Assembly: GCA_037385265.1 (NCBI GenBank)
Contig: JARRNG010000004.1
Coordinates: 1-36,860 of the forward strand
DNA length: 36,860 bases
Reading direction: 5' to 3'
From: Nitrospirota bacterium
Lineage (GTDB): Bacteria > Nitrospirota > Thermodesulfovibrionia > Thermodesulfovibrionales > JdFR-86
Shown here one piece after another: positions 8,656-18,473 of the stretch. Positions within the stretch are counted from its first letter, which is position 1. Each line of letters starts with the position of its first letter. The translations under genes and the position numbers were made by a program. Under the pieces are notes generated by a model. The model saw only the letters and a program-made list of their open reading frames with translations, searched no databases and was not told the origin of the DNA.

Positions 8656-10098
8656 GTGGCCTACAAGGACCTCAGAGACTTCATAAGGACACTCGAAAGA
8701 AGGGGGCACCTCAAGCGCATAGGCGTCGAGGTTGACCCCGCGCTGGAGATAGCCGAGATAAACGACCGGGTCGTCAAGTCCGGAGGCCCGGCCCTTCTGT
8801 TCGAGAACCCCAGGGGAGCCAGGATTCCCTGCGTGGTCAATCTTTTCGGCTCCTTCGAGCGCATGAGGCTCGCCCTGGAGGTGGAGGACCTCGATGTCAT
8901 AGGCAGGCAGATCATCGAGTTCCTGGAACCCGAGATACCGACGAACATAATGGAGAAGCTGAAGGCGCTCCCCAAGCTCAAGAAGCTTGCGGACTTCATG
9001 CCCAAGCACGTGAGGCACGCACCGTGCAAGGAGGTCGTGATCAGGGACAACCCCTCGCTCGCCTCCCTGCCGATACTCAAGACCTGGCCCGGGGACGGCG
9101 GCCGGTTCATAACGCTGCCCATGGTCTTTACCAATCACCCCGAAACCGGCGTGCGCAACTGCGGCATGTACCGGATGCACGTTTACGACTCCAGGACCAC
9201 GGGAATGCACTGGCACATGCACAAGGACGGCGCGGCACATTACCGGAGGGCCGAGGCCCTGGGACAGAGGCTTCCCGTGGCGGTGGCGATAGGGTCGGAC
9301 CCCGCCGTCATGTATTCCGCCTCGGCGCCCCTTCCCCCGGATGTGGACGAGATGCTCCTTGCGGGGTTTCTCAGGAAATCCGCCGTGGAGATGGTCAAGT
9401 GCGAGACCGTGCCCCTCGAGGTGCCCGCCAACGCCGAGATAGTGCTCGAGGGCTACTGCGAGCCCGGCGAGAGGAGGATGGAGGGCCCCTTCGGAGACCA
9501 CACGGGATACTATTCCCTCGTCGACGAGTTCCCGGTCTTCCACATCACCTGCATGACCATGCGCAAGGACGCCATATACCCGGCCACCATAGTTGGCAAG
9601 CCGCCGATGGAGGACTGCTACATGGGCAAGGCCACCGAGAGGATTTTCCTGCCCCTCATGAGAAAGCAGCTCCCGGAGATAGTGGACATGAACCTGCCGC
9701 TCGAGGGAGTCTTCCACAACATGTGCATCGTCTCGATAGACAAGCGCTTCCCCGGGCACGCCAGAAAGGTGATGTACGCCCTGTGGGGGATGGGGCAGAT
9801 GAGCTTCACCAAGTACATCGTCGTGGTTGACAGGTGGGTCGACGTCCACGACCTCAGCGAGGTGGCCTGGCGCGTGGGTAACAACACCGACCCCAAGCGC
9901 GACTCCGTCATAGTCGAAGGGCCCCTGGACGTCCTGGAGCACGCCTCACCCATCCCGGCCTTCGGCGGCAAGATGGGCATAGACGCGACCAAGAAGCTAC
10001 CCTCGGAGGGGTTCCAGCGCCAATGGCCCCCGGACATCGAGATGTCCCCCGAGGTCAAGAGCCTCGTCGACGAGAGGTGGAAGGAATACGGTCTCTGA
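8656..10098 (+). CDS. UbiD-family prFMN-dependent decarboxylase (menaquinone/futalosine-pathway type)
   Basis: DGGRFIT, RNCGMYR, EGPFGDHTG and GGKMGIDAT motifs; SD AAGGAGG and a TGATATAAT extended -10 upstream. Confidence 0.9.
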   Translation: MAYKDLRDFIRTLERRGHLKRIGVEVDPALEIAEINDRVVKSGGPALLFENPRGARIPCVVNLFGSFERMRLALEVEDLDVIGRQIIEFLEPEIPTNIMEKLKALPKLKKLADFMPKHVRHAPCKEVVIRDNPSLASLPILKTWPGDGGRFITLPMVFTNHPETGVRNCGMYRMHVYDSRTTGMHWHMHKDGAAHYRRAEALGQRLPVAVAIGSDPAVMYSASAPLPPDVDEMLLAGFLRKSAVEMVKCETVPLEVPANAEIVLEGYCEPGERRMEGPFGDHTGYYSLVDEFPVFHITCMTMRKDAIYPATIVGKPPMEDCYMGKATERIFLPLMRKQLPEIVDMNLPLEGVFHNMCIVSIDKRFPGHARKVMYALWGMGQMSFTKYIVVVDRWVDVHDLSEVAWRVGNNTDPKRDSVIVEGPLDVLEHASPIPAFGGKMGIDATKKLPSEGFQRQWPPDIEMSPEVKSLVDERWKEYGL

Positions 10099-10233
10099 GG
10101 CGCCACCGCTCCGCCTTCGGCGAACTCTACACTTATTTGGCCATAGATTCTAGAACGGTAGGTTGCCTGCGGCAACCAAGGTTGAAAAAGCCCGTGTTGA
10201 TGGTTTATTATTTCGGACAAGGAGTTTTCGCAA

Positions 10234-10809
10234 ATGTCCAGCCTGGTTGAGATAAGATGGCACGGAAGGGGAGGTCAGGGCACGGTGACCGCCGCCAAGG
10301 TGCTTGCCGACGCGTGCATAAGCGGCGGGCGGTACGTCCAGGCTTTTCCCGAGTATGGGCCCGAGAGGGCTGGAGCGCCGCTCAGGGCATATAACCGCGT
10401 AAGCGACAAGGAACTGAGGCTCCACTGCCCCGTAGTTCACCCTCAGGTGATAAGCGTGGTTGACGCCACACTTCTTGACGCGATAAACGTGGCCGAGGGC
10501 GCGACGGACGACGCGGTCTTCGTTGTCAACACTACCGCCGACCCGGCCGATGTCAGGAAAAAGCTCAAAGCGAAAAGCTCCCAGAAGGTCTACACGATAG
10601 ACGCGACGAAGATAGCAATAGACGAAATCGGTAGGGCCCTTCCCAACTCGCCCATGCTCGGCTCAGTAGTGAAGGTCACCGGCCTTGTGTCGCTGGAGGC
10701 CCTCCTGGATGACGTGAAGAAGAGCTTCGGGAAGAAGTTCGCCCAGAAGATAATAGACGGGAACGTCAGGGCTGTCACGAGGGGTTACGAGGAGGTAAGG
10801 GAAGGATGA
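10234..10809 (+). CDS. porC: Pyruvate/2-oxoacid:ferredoxin oxidoreductase gamma subunit
   Basis: EIRWHGRGGQG and FPEYGPERAGAP motifs. Confidence 0.92.
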   Translation: MSSLVEIRWHGRGGQGTVTAAKVLADACISGGRYVQAFPEYGPERAGAPLRAYNRVSDKELRLHCPVVHPQVISVVDATLLDAINVAEGATDDAVFVVNTTADPADVRKKLKAKSSQKVYTIDATKIAIDEIGRALPNSPMLGSVVKVTGLVSLEALLDDVKKSFGKKFAQKIIDGNVRAVTRGYEEVREG

Positions 10810-11093
10810 AGAAGTGGTATGAACTCAACCCCGGGGCCGTGATACTCGAGGCTGGAAGCGCGGCCAAGTTCAAGACGGGCTCCTGGAGGGCTTTCAGGCC
10901 CGTCTGGATAGAGGAAAACTGCATCCAGTGTCTTTACTGCTGGCTCTTTTGCCCCGACATGGCGGTGAGGGTCGAGGACGGAAAGATGATCGGCTTTGAC
11001 TACGACTATTGCAAGGGCTGCGGGATCTGCGCCCGCGAGTGCCCGGGCAAGAAGGGCAACAAGGCGATAGTTATGGAGGAGGAGGGCAAATAA
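10806..11093 (+). CDS. porD: Pyruvate/2-oxoacid:ferredoxin oxidoreductase delta subunit (2x[4Fe-4S])
   Basis: TGSWR, CIQCLYCWLFCP and CKGCGICARECP; ATGA overlap with porC. Confidence 0.92.
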   Translation: MKKWYELNPGAVILEAGSAAKFKTGSWRAFRPVWIEENCIQCLYCWLFCPDMAVRVEDGKMIGFDYDYCKGCGICARECPGKKGNKAIVMEEEGK

Positions 11094-12277
11094 TGGCCAA
11101 GCCTGTGGCGGTAACGGGCAACGAGGCGGTCGCCAACGCTTTTAGGCAGGCGAACCCCGACGTTTGCGCCGCCTATCCGATAACGCCGGCCACCGACCTC
11201 ATGCAGAGGTTTTCGAGCTTCGTCGCTAACGGCAAGGTCGACACCGAGCTCATCCTCGTCGAGAGCGAGCACAGCGCCATGTCCGCCTGCATAGGGGCCT
11301 CGGCCGCCGGCGGCAGGGTCGCCACGGCCACGTCCTCCCAGGGCCTTGCCCTCATGTGGGAGATGCTCTACATCGCTGCGGGGACGAACCTGCCGATAAT
11401 CATGGGCCTCGTGAACAGGGCCCTTTCGGCCCCCCTGAACATCCACGGCGACCACTCCGACGCCATGGGGGCCAGGGACACCGGATGGATCCAGCTCTGG
11501 AGCGAAAACGGCCAGGAGGCCTACGACAACACCGTCCAGGCCTTCCGCATAGGGGAACACCCGGACCTAAGGCTGCCGGTGATGATAAACATGGACGGCT
11601 TCATCATCAGCCACTCCATAGAGAGCATGACGTACCTGGACGATGACGTAGTCAGCGACTTCATAGGGGAGTTTAAGATGGTGAACCCCCTTCTGGACAT
11701 AGACAACCCCAAGAGCTACGGGCCGTTGATTCTCACCGACCTCTACCACGAGTACAAGAGGCTCCAGCACGAGATCATGGGACGCGTCAGCAAGGTGGTC
11801 CTGGACGTCGCCGCCGACTTCGAGAAAATCAGCGGCCGCAAGTACGGCCTCTTCGAGCCCTACAGGCTCGACGACGCCGACGTGGCGCTCGTCGTGATGG
11901 GCTCGGCCGCGGGCACTTCGAAGGACGTGGTGGACGACATGAGGGACAAGGGCATCAAGGCGGGGCTCCTGAAGCCCCGGCTCTTCAGGCCCTTCCCATA
12001 CGAGGAGGTCGCCAAGGAGCTCGGCAGCCTCAAGGCCGTCTGCATCCTCGACAGGGCCGATTCCTTTGGGGGTTACGGCCCGATGTTCATGGAGATATGT
12101 TCGGCCCTCTACCAGAACGGAGGAGGAAGCAGGCCCGCGGCCATCAACAAGATATACGGCCTCGGCGGAAGGGACTTCATGCCCGACCAGGCCGAACAGG
12201 CCATCCGGGAGCTCGACAAGATAGCGAAAGGCGGTCCGATAAAGGCCGTCAAGGAATACATCGGAGTAAGGGAGTAA
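11093..12277 (+). CDS. porA: Pyruvate/2-oxoacid:ferredoxin oxidoreductase alpha subunit
   Basis: Start MAKPVAVTGNEA overlaps the porD stop (TAATG); AYPITP, ESEH and TSSQG motifs. Confidence 0.92.
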   Translation: MAKPVAVTGNEAVANAFRQANPDVCAAYPITPATDLMQRFSSFVANGKVDTELILVESEHSAMSACIGASAAGGRVATATSSQGLALMWEMLYIAAGTNLPIIMGLVNRALSAPLNIHGDHSDAMGARDTGWIQLWSENGQEAYDNTVQAFRIGEHPDLRLPVMINMDGFIISHSIESMTYLDDDVVSDFIGEFKMVNPLLDIDNPKSYGPLILTDLYHEYKRLQHEIMGRVSKVVLDVAADFEKISGRKYGLFEPYRLDDADVALVVMGSAAGTSKDVVDDMRDKGIKAGLLKPRLFRPFPYEEVAKELGSLKAVCILDRADSFGGYGPMFMEICSALYQNGGGSRPAAINKIYGLGGRDFMPDQAEQAIRELDKIAKGGPIKAVKEYIGVRE

Positions 12278-12278
12278 C

Positions 12279-13220
12279 ATGGCGACACCGCTTAAGCTTA
12301 AGGAGCTTTCGAAGAAAGAGGACCTCTTAACGCACGGGCACAGGATGTGCTCCGGCTGCGGGGCCCCCACCGTGGTGAAGATGGTATTCCTTGCGTCGGA
12401 ATACCCGATTGTCGCGGCGAACGCGACGGGTTGCCTGGAGGTATCCACGTGCATTTCCGAGTTCACGGCTTGGAAGATACCGTGGATACACAGCGCCTTC
12501 GAAAACGCCGCCGCCACCATTTCGGGCGTGGAGTCCATGTACAGGTTGTGGAAGAAGAAGGGGAGGATCGACAAGGACGTGAAGTTCATCGCCTTCGGGG
12601 GCGACGGCGGCACGTACGACATAGGTTTCCAGAGCCTCTCGGGCGCCATGGAGAGGGGCCACGACATGCTCTACATATGCTACGACAACGGCGCCTACAT
12701 GAACACCGGCATCCAGCGCTCGAGCGCGACCCCCAGGGGCGCCGACACCACCACCAGCCCCGTCGGATCGGTCATCCCCGGCAAGGTGCAGGCGAGGAAG
12801 GACCTCACGAGGATAATGGCCGCCCACAACATACCCTACGCGGCCCAGGCTTCGCCGAGCCACTGGCTGGACCTGATGAAGAAGGTGCGCAAGGCTCTCG
12901 AGGTCGAAGGCCCCACCTTCATGAACATCCTCTCCCCATGCAACAGGGGATGGCGCTCGAAGACCGACGACTCCATAGCGCTGAGCAGGCTTGGCGTCCA
13001 TACGTGCTACTGGCCGCTTTACGAGATAGAAAACGGCGTCACCAGGGTTACGTTCAAGCCGAAGGACAAGAAGCCCGTGGAGGAGTTTCTTAAGCCACAG
13101 GGGAGGTTCAAGCATTTCTTCGCCCCGGGCGGCGACGTTCTTCTGAAGCGGCTCCAGGAAGACGTGGACCACGAGTGGGAAAGGCTTTTGAAGGAGGCCG
13201 AGAAGTCCCAGGAGGAATAG
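12279..13220 (+). CDS. porB: Pyruvate/2-oxoacid:ferredoxin oxidoreductase beta subunit (TPP-binding)
   Basis: GHRMCSGC, ATGC, GDGGTYDIG...DN, YMNTGIQRS and SPC motifs. Confidence 0.92.
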   Translation: MATPLKLKELSKKEDLLTHGHRMCSGCGAPTVVKMVFLASEYPIVAANATGCLEVSTCISEFTAWKIPWIHSAFENAAATISGVESMYRLWKKKGRIDKDVKFIAFGGDGGTYDIGFQSLSGAMERGHDMLYICYDNGAYMNTGIQRSSATPRGADTTTSPVGSVIPGKVQARKDLTRIMAAHNIPYAAQASPSHWLDLMKKVRKALEVEGPTFMNILSPCNRGWRSKTDDSIALSRLGVHTCYWPLYEIENGVTRVTFKPKDKKPVEEFLKPQGRFKHFFAPGGDVLLKRLQEDVDHEWERLLKEAEKSQEE

Positions 13221-13224
13221 CCGC

Positions 13225-13719
13225 ATGAACGGATCTGACCTGGTAGTCTACGAGGAGGAGTTCAAGAGGATCGATGCAGAGCTCAACAACCTCCACAGAC
13301 AGGCCAATGCCAAGGTAGTCTTCCTGGTAGACAAGAACGGCCAGCTCATATCCTCGGTGGGAGAGACCCACGACCTCGACACCACCTCGCTTGCGTCGCT
13401 GACGGCGGGCAACATAGCGGCCACGGGCAGCATAGCGAAGATCCTGGGCGAGAAGGAATTCACGATACTCTTTCACGAGGGAGAAAGGGACAACCTCCAT
13501 ATATCTCTCGTCGGCGACCGCATAATACTCGTGGTGATATTCGACCAGAGGACCTCTATCGGTTTGGTGAGGCTCAGGGTGAAGAAGACCACCGAGCATC
13601 TCGTACGGATATTCGATGAGATGACGAGGAAGGCAGAGCAGGAAAGGATGCAGAGCAAGCTCGAAGACTCGCCGTTTGCCGAGATAAGCGACGAGGACAT
13701 AGAAAAGCTATTCATGTAG
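13225..13719 (+). CDS. mglB: Roadblock/LC7 protein MglB (GAP of MglA)
   Basis: FLVDKNGQLI, SLASLTAGNIAATG, FHEGERD, GLVRLRVK and the C-terminal FAEISDEDIEKLF, all characteristic of MglB. Confidence 0.92.
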   Translation: MNGSDLVVYEEEFKRIDAELNNLHRQANAKVVFLVDKNGQLISSVGETHDLDTTSLASLTAGNIAATGSIAKILGEKEFTILFHEGERDNLHISLVGDRIILVVIFDQRTSIGLVRLRVKKTTEHLVRIFDEMTRKAEQERMQSKLEDSPFAEISDEDIEKLFM

Positions 13720-13734
13720 AGGTGGTCCCGTTAA

Positions 13735-14322
13735 GTGTCGTTCATCAACTATTCTTCGCGAGAGCTGAACTGCAAGATCGTCTATTACGGTCCCGGACTT
13801 TGCGGGAAGACCACCAACCTCCAGTATATATATAGCAAGACCAACCCCCAGCAGAAGGGGAAGCTCATATCGCTGGCCACGGAGACCGACCGAACCCTTT
13901 TCTTCGACTTCCTGCCCCTGGCCCTCGGGGAGATAAAGGGCTTCAAGGTGAGGTTCCACCTCTATACGGTTCCGGGCCAGATGTTCTACGCCGCCAGCCG
14001 CAGGCTCATCCTCAAGGGCGTGGACGGCGTCGTCTTCGTCGCCGACAGCCAGCTGGACAGGATGGACGCCGACATCGAGAGCCTCGAGGACCTCAAGGAA
14101 AACCTTAAGGAGCAGGGCTACGACCTCTACAGCCTGCCTTTCACCATGCAATACAACAAGCGCGACATCCCAGACATAGTCCCCATCCCCGAACTCAGAG
14201 AGGCCTTGAACCCCTCTGGGGTCCCTGAGTTCGAGGCCGTGGCCACCACGGGGAAGGGCGTCTTCGAGTCCCTCAAGGACGTCTGCCGCCAGGTCATCCT
14301 GGAGATGAAGAGGAACTACTGA
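13735..14322 (+). CDS. mglA: Small GTPase MglA
   Basis: MSFINY, GPGLCGKTTNL, TETDRTLFFDF, TVPGQ and NKRD motifs. Confidence 0.95.
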   Translation: MSFINYSSRELNCKIVYYGPGLCGKTTNLQYIYSKTNPQQKGKLISLATETDRTLFFDFLPLALGEIKGFKVRFHLYTVPGQMFYAASRRLILKGVDGVVFVADSQLDRMDADIESLEDLKENLKEQGYDLYSLPFTMQYNKRDIPDIVPIPELREALNPSGVPEFEAVATTGKGVFESLKDVCRQVILEMKRNY

Positions 14323-14427
14323 TCCCATGCCGGAGGGGCGCCCGCAAGGCGCTTTGTCCGAGAACCCAAGGGTACAACAGTCTCAGCCAAGGTCCTGATT
14401 TCTATCCATTCGCAAGAGCGGCAAAGA

Positions 14428-14453
14428 GGAAGGGGGCCTCAGGGCCCCCTTCC
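14428..14453. terminator. Perfect 11-bp hairpin between convergent mglA and the stomatin gene
   Basis: GGAAGGGGGCC-TCAG-GGCCCCCTTCC; a short T run follows on the minus strand. Confidence 0.7.
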
Positions 14454-14483
14454 CGGCACTTCGTATATATCTTTTTCCGCGGT

Positions 14484-15248
14484 TCAGCCCCTCTTTTCCA
14501 GGAACGCCTTTATGGTGTCCACGGGGACTGGGAACACGATGGTGGAGTTCTTTTCGGCCGCAAGCTCGGTGAGGGTCTGGAGGAACCTCAACTGAAGCGC
14601 GGCTGGCTCTGTGGCTATTATCTTTGCGGCATCCGCGAGCCTCTGCGACGCTTGGAACTCGCCTTCGGCATGGATGACCTTGGCCCTCCTTTCCCTCTCG
14701 GCCTCTGCCTGCTTTGCGATGGCCCTCTGCATCTCCTCGGGGAGGTCCACGTTTTTGACCTCGACCACGGTAACCTTGATGCCCCAGGGCTCGGTCTGGA
14801 AATCGATTATCTTCTGGAGCTCCTTGTTCAGGTCCTCGCGCTTGGTAAGGAGGTCGTCGAGCTGGCTCTGGCCCAGGACGCTCCTCAGGGTGGTCTGGGC
14901 AATCTGGCTCGTGGCGAAGAAGTAGTCCTCGACCTCGGTTATCGCCTTTGCCGGGTCCATCGGCCTGAAATAAACCACCGCGTTCACCCTGACCGTGACG
15001 TTGTCCGAGGTGATTATGTCCTGGGAGGGGACGTCCATGGTTATGGTCCTAAGGCTGACCTTCGTCAGCTTATCGACGATCGGGATGATTATGACCAGCC
15101 CGGGTCCCTTTACCGGGATGAGCCTGCCCAGCCTGAAGACAACGCCCCTTTCGTACTCCTTCAGTATCTTTATCGCTGCCGAGAAGAAGTACAGCACTAA
15201 AAGGATTACGAAGATGAAGCTTATGAACGACGGTCCTACTGGCGGCAT
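14484..15248 (-). CDS. SPFH/band-7 stomatin-like (slipin) protein
   Basis: N-terminal TM; [22 protein letters not shown] and [10 protein letters not shown] motifs. Confidence 0.93.
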   Translation of the reverse strand: MPPVGPSFISFIFVILLVLYFFSAAIKILKEYERGVVFRLGRLIPVKGPGLVIIIPIVDKLTKVSLRTITMDVPSQDIITSDNVTVRVNAVVYFRPMDPAKAITEVEDYFFATSQIAQTTLRSVLGQSQLDDLLTKREDLNKELQKIIDFQTEPWGIKVTVVEVKNVDLPEEMQRAIAKQAEAERERRAKVIHAEGEFQASQRLADAAKIIATEPAALQLRFLQTLTELAAEKNSTIVFPVPVDTIKAFLEKRG

Positions 15249-15268
15249 TTCACACCTCCTTTGATACT

Positions 15269-16558
15269 CTATTTTTTCCTTACCTTGAGTTTCAGTCCCT
15301 CGACTGATTCCACTACCACCTTCTCGTCCGGCTGGATGGGCTCCTCGGAGACGGCCGACCAGATCTCTCCGTGGACCTTCACGGTGCCCCCGGCGGGCGT
15401 GACTTCGGTGGCGGCCGTGCCCTCGAGGCCCACGAGGCCTTCCCGCCCCGTGGTAGGCTTGCTCCTGAAGGCCTTCCAGGCTAGGCCGATGACGACGGTG
15501 AAGAAAAGGGCGGTCACGACGACAGCCGGCAATATGGTGTATATGGAGAGCTTCACGAAGGGCCCCGCGTCCTCAAAGAGCATGAGGGAGCCCAGCACCA
15601 TGGCGATAATGCCCCCGATAGTGAGGGCGCCGTAGGAAGTGACCTTTATCTCCAGTATGAAGAGGACGACCCCGAGCAGTATCAGGAGTATGCCGGCGTA
15701 GTTTATGGGAAGGGTCTGGAAGGCGTAGAAGGCGAGAATCAGGCAGATTCCGCCCACCACGCCGGGAAAGACGGCGCCGGGGTTCGTCAGCTCGAAGAAT
15801 ATCCCGTAGAAGCCCAGGAGCATGAGTATGTAGGCTATGTTGGGGTCGCTTATGACGTCCAGGACCCTGTGCCTCAGGCTCATTTCCAAGCGGGTGATAG
15901 CGGCTCCTTTCGTCCTGAGGACCCTCTCGCCCCCTGCCGTCTCGACCTTCATCCCGTCTATCTCGGAAAGCAGGGCGGGAAGATTCGCGCTCACGAGGTC
16001 TATCACCCCCAGTTTCAGGGCTTCCTCCTCCGTGGCGGAGACGCTCTTTCTGACGGCGTCCTCGGCCCACTGAGCGTTCCGTCCGCGCCGCTCGGCGAGG
16101 CTCTTTATGTAGGCGGCCGAGTCATTTACGGCCTTTTCGGCCATGGTCTTGTCCATCTTCTGACCCATGGCCACGGGGTGCGCGGCGCCAATGTTGGTCT
16201 GGGGCGCCATGGCCGCCACGTGGGCCGACAGGGTTATGAACGTCCCGGCCGAGGCCGCCCTCGCCCCAGGCGGCGCGACGTAGACCACGACGGGAACCTC
16301 GCTGCCGAGTATTGACTTTACTATGTCCCTCATGGACGTGACGAGACCGCCGGGCGTGTCCAGCTCTAGGACGAAGGCCTCGGCCCCGGCCGCGTTGGCC
16401 TTTTCGATGCTGTGGGTTATGAATTCCGCCGCCACCGGGTTTATTACACCGTCCAGCGTGGCCACCATGACCTCGGGAGACTCCTGGGGCGCAACGGGGG
16501 GGACGACGAGCAGGAGAAGGCCGAGGGAGACTAAAAGTATGGAAAGGCTCCTCGTCAT
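15269..16558 (-). CDS. nfeD: NfeD long form (ClpP-like serine protease + TM + OB fold), stomatin operon partner
   Basis: LDTPGG, AASAG, NIGAAHP, C-terminal G-x-V-x-VHGEIW OB domain; adjacent to the SPFH gene. Confidence 0.92.
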   Translation of the reverse strand: MTRSLSILLVSLGLLLLVVPPVAPQESPEVMVATLDGVINPVAAEFITHSIEKANAAGAEAFVLELDTPGGLVTSMRDIVKSILGSEVPVVVYVAPPGARAASAGTFITLSAHVAAMAPQTNIGAAHPVAMGQKMDKTMAEKAVNDSAAYIKSLAERRGRNAQWAEDAVRKSVSATEEEALKLGVIDLVSANLPALLSEIDGMKVETAGGERVLRTKGAAITRLEMSLRHRVLDVISDPNIAYILMLLGFYGIFFELTNPGAVFPGVVGGICLILAFYAFQTLPINYAGILLILLGVVLFILEIKVTSYGALTIGGIIAMVLGSLMLFEDAGPFVKLSIYTILPAVVVTALFFTVVIGLAWKAFRSKPTTGREGLVGLEGTAATEVTPAGGTVKVHGEIWSAVSEEPIQPDEKVVVESVEGLKLKVRKK

Positions 16559-16661
16559 GGGAAAATTATACCACTAAACCCAGCTTTTGGCCCGTCCTGC
16601 GGCTGGCCGACGATACCCGGCAGCACGAATCGGAGCGCTCCCTGGGAAGGGACATAGAGGC

Positions 16662-17075
16662 CTAAACCTTGCCCGAAAGGAATGCTCCGAGCGCCTTGTC
16701 CACACGGGAGATGTGCTCGATTATCCAGTCCACCACGAGCTGGTTGGTCTCCACCGAGAGGTCGTAGGAGCCGGGCTTCCTTCCGCCTTCGAGCGTCGGA
16801 AGAATCTCCTTGACCCTGTCGATGTTCCTCATGAACTCCTCGTGCTGGGCCTTGTGGTGCTTGTATCCAGGGTAGTCGAACCTGAGCATTAATCTTTGCT
16901 CTTCGCCGAAGTGGAAGACCACGTAGTCCTCGAGGAACTTCACGACGTCGCCTATCTTGTACTTGCAGGTGTGGGACTTTATCGCCACGACGAGGTCGTT
17001 GATCTTTGCGAAGAGTTCCTTGTGCTGCTCGTCTATTATGTCGATGCCCACCGAGAGGGCTGGGGTCCATTGCAT
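16662..17075 (-). CDS. Bacteriohemerythrin
   Basis: W...SVG...IDEQH, HFGEE, HKAQH and WIIEHI-x3-D di-iron ligand pattern; SD AGGAGG. Confidence 0.93.
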   Translation of the reverse strand: MQWTPALSVGIDIIDEQHKELFAKINDLVVAIKSHTCKYKIGDVVKFLEDYVVFHFGEEQRLMLRFDYPGYKHHKAQHEEFMRNIDRVKEILPTLEGGRKPGSYDLSVETNQLVVDWIIEHISRVDKALGAFLSGKV

Positions 17076-17094
17076 AACGGCCTCCTAAGATAGA

Positions 17095-18180
17095 TTACAC
17101 GAGCCGGGCGTTCCTTATCCAGTCCTCGTAGGAGGGGGCGAGGGCATCCCAGGAATTGGGCTCGGTAAGCGCCTTGGCCTCCCCGGCCCGGAGCCTTTGG
17201 TTATTAAGGATGGTTTCCCTTAGCTCCCGGTGAAAGTTCTCGTCATCGTAGAGAAACCTCCTCGGGAACATCTCCGGATAGGAAAGCCGCCGGGGCAGAA
17301 GAGGGCGGCACCCGGCGCGCACGGCCTCAAGCACCGAGATGCCGAAGAACTCGTGGCGGGAGGTGGATACGACGATGTCACCGAGCCTTAGCAGCTTGGC
17401 GTACTGGCGCCTGGACCTGGCGAAGCCGAAGTGGAGGATCCTGTGCCCGAGCCTGCTTCTGGCCTCCTCGAATACGGCCGGCTTTCTTTCGAAGCTCTCG
17501 CCGAGCACCACCACCCGGAAATCCACGCCGGCCCCTTGGAGCTCGAAGAGGGCCTCGAAGAAGGCCTCGGGATTCTTGTCGTGCTCCCACCGGTGGTTCC
17601 AGAGCACCACGGGCGGGCCCCCAGGGGGGGCTCCCGGGGCGGTGTCTATCCCGGAGAAGTCGAGCCCCGGGGGAAGGACCCTGGACTTCGCCCTTATCCG
17701 CGCAACCGGGTCCTGGAGCTTCATGTCGGTGGAGTGCTTCAGGAGCCCCTTCAGGCCTTCCAGGAATGTCCTGAGGTTGTATTTCGAGTTGAAGGCCAGG
17801 GAGTCCGACGCCAGGGCCGTGGTCGCATTGGTGAGGCCGAAATGGAGGTCGCGCTCGTCCTCCACTTGGGTGGGGTAGGCGAACTGGTTTTCGTGAAAGT
17901 AGGTAAGGAGGGGCACGTCTCTGACCCATGATGGACCCATGCCCCGGAAGGCGGCGACATCCACGAAGGTGGAGCAGATTATCCTGTCGAAGCGCTTCCG
18001 GCTCTTTTGGAGCTCCTGCGCGAAGTGGGGCGCCGAGAGCCACATCCGCCACTTCCACTTGCGCGCGGGAAGGGTTATGACCTCGAAGCGGAAGGGGAGC
18101 CTCAGAAGGCCCTTTATGAAAGACTCGTGGGACCCCCCATAGTAGGGCTCGAGCACCAGGACTTTCATTTTGGGCGGCAT
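17095..18180 (-). CDS. DUF3524 + GT-B glycosyltransferase (GTDC1/QTMAN-like)
   Basis: LEPYYGGSH, TLPARKWKWRM, YFHENQ-x2-YP, WNHRWEHDKNP and HEFFG motifs of the GTDC1 family. Confidence 0.85.
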   Translation of the reverse strand: MPPKMKVLVLEPYYGGSHESFIKGLLRLPFRFEVITLPARKWKWRMWLSAPHFAQELQKSRKRFDRIICSTFVDVAAFRGMGPSWVRDVPLLTYFHENQFAYPTQVEDERDLHFGLTNATTALASDSLAFNSKYNLRTFLEGLKGLLKHSTDMKLQDPVARIRAKSRVLPPGLDFSGIDTAPGAPPGGPPVVLWNHRWEHDKNPEAFFEALFELQGAGVDFRVVVLGESFERKPAVFEEARSRLGHRILHFGFARSRRQYAKLLRLGDIVVSTSRHEFFGISVLEAVRAGCRPLLPRRLSYPEMFPRRFLYDDENFHRELRETILNNQRLRAGEAKALTEPNSWDALAPSYEDWIRNARLV

Positions 18181-18217
18181 GACGGAACTATTTTAACAGC
18201 TCTGATTGCCTCGTGAA

Positions 18218-18255
18218 AGCAAAGAGGCCGCCCCGGCAGGCCGGGACGGCCTCTT
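18218..18255 (-). terminator. Rho-independent terminator of csp
   Basis: AAGAGGCCGTCCCGG-CCTG-CCGGGGCGGCCTCTT followed by TGCTTT on the minus strand, 17 nt after the stop. Confidence 0.75.
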
Positions 18256-18272
18256 CATAGGCTTCGTAAAGC

Positions 18273-18473
18273 TTAGAGCTTGACGATGTTGGCCGCCTTG
18301 GGACCCTTGTCGCCTTCGACGACGTCGAAGCTTACGCTATCGCCTTCGGCAAGGGTCTTGAAGCCGTCGCCCTGGATGGCCGAATAGTGGACGAAGACAT
18401 CGTTGCCTTCTTCGGTGGTGATGAATCCGTAGCCCTTGGACTCATTGAACCACTTGACCGTGCCCTTTGGCAT
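18273..18473 (-). CDS. Cold-shock protein (CspA family)
   Basis: GTVKWFN, KGYGFI (RNP1), DVFVHYSAI (RNP2). Confidence 0.96.
   Translation of the reverse strand: MPKGTVKWFNESKGYGFITTEEGNDVFVHYSAIQGDGFKTLAEGDSVSFDVVEGDKGPKAANIVKL

Noticed and set aside
8200-9942. 580-aa minus-strand ORF and the many other long antisense or alternate-frame ORFs (e.g. 199-1191, 3781-4986, 11567-12667, 12327-13226, 30655-31617)
   Set aside because: Shadow ORFs expected from high GC3 codon usage; they overlap well-supported genes and show no recognisable motifs.
11009-11092. N-terminal extension of porA
   Set aside because: Lies within porD; the TAATG coupling and GGAGG SD support ATG 11093.
11093-12277. Oxidoreductase as oxalate oxidoreductase
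   Set aside because: The alpha subunit has YPITP, the pyruvate/2-oxoacid type, not YPIRP; exact 2-oxoacid specificity remains unproven.
14323-14427. Possible riboswitch or sRNA after mglA (small GCAA-loop hairpin)
   Set aside because: It lies between convergent 3' ends and does not fit the c-di-GMP riboswitch consensus as far as I can judge; an Rfam search would be needed.
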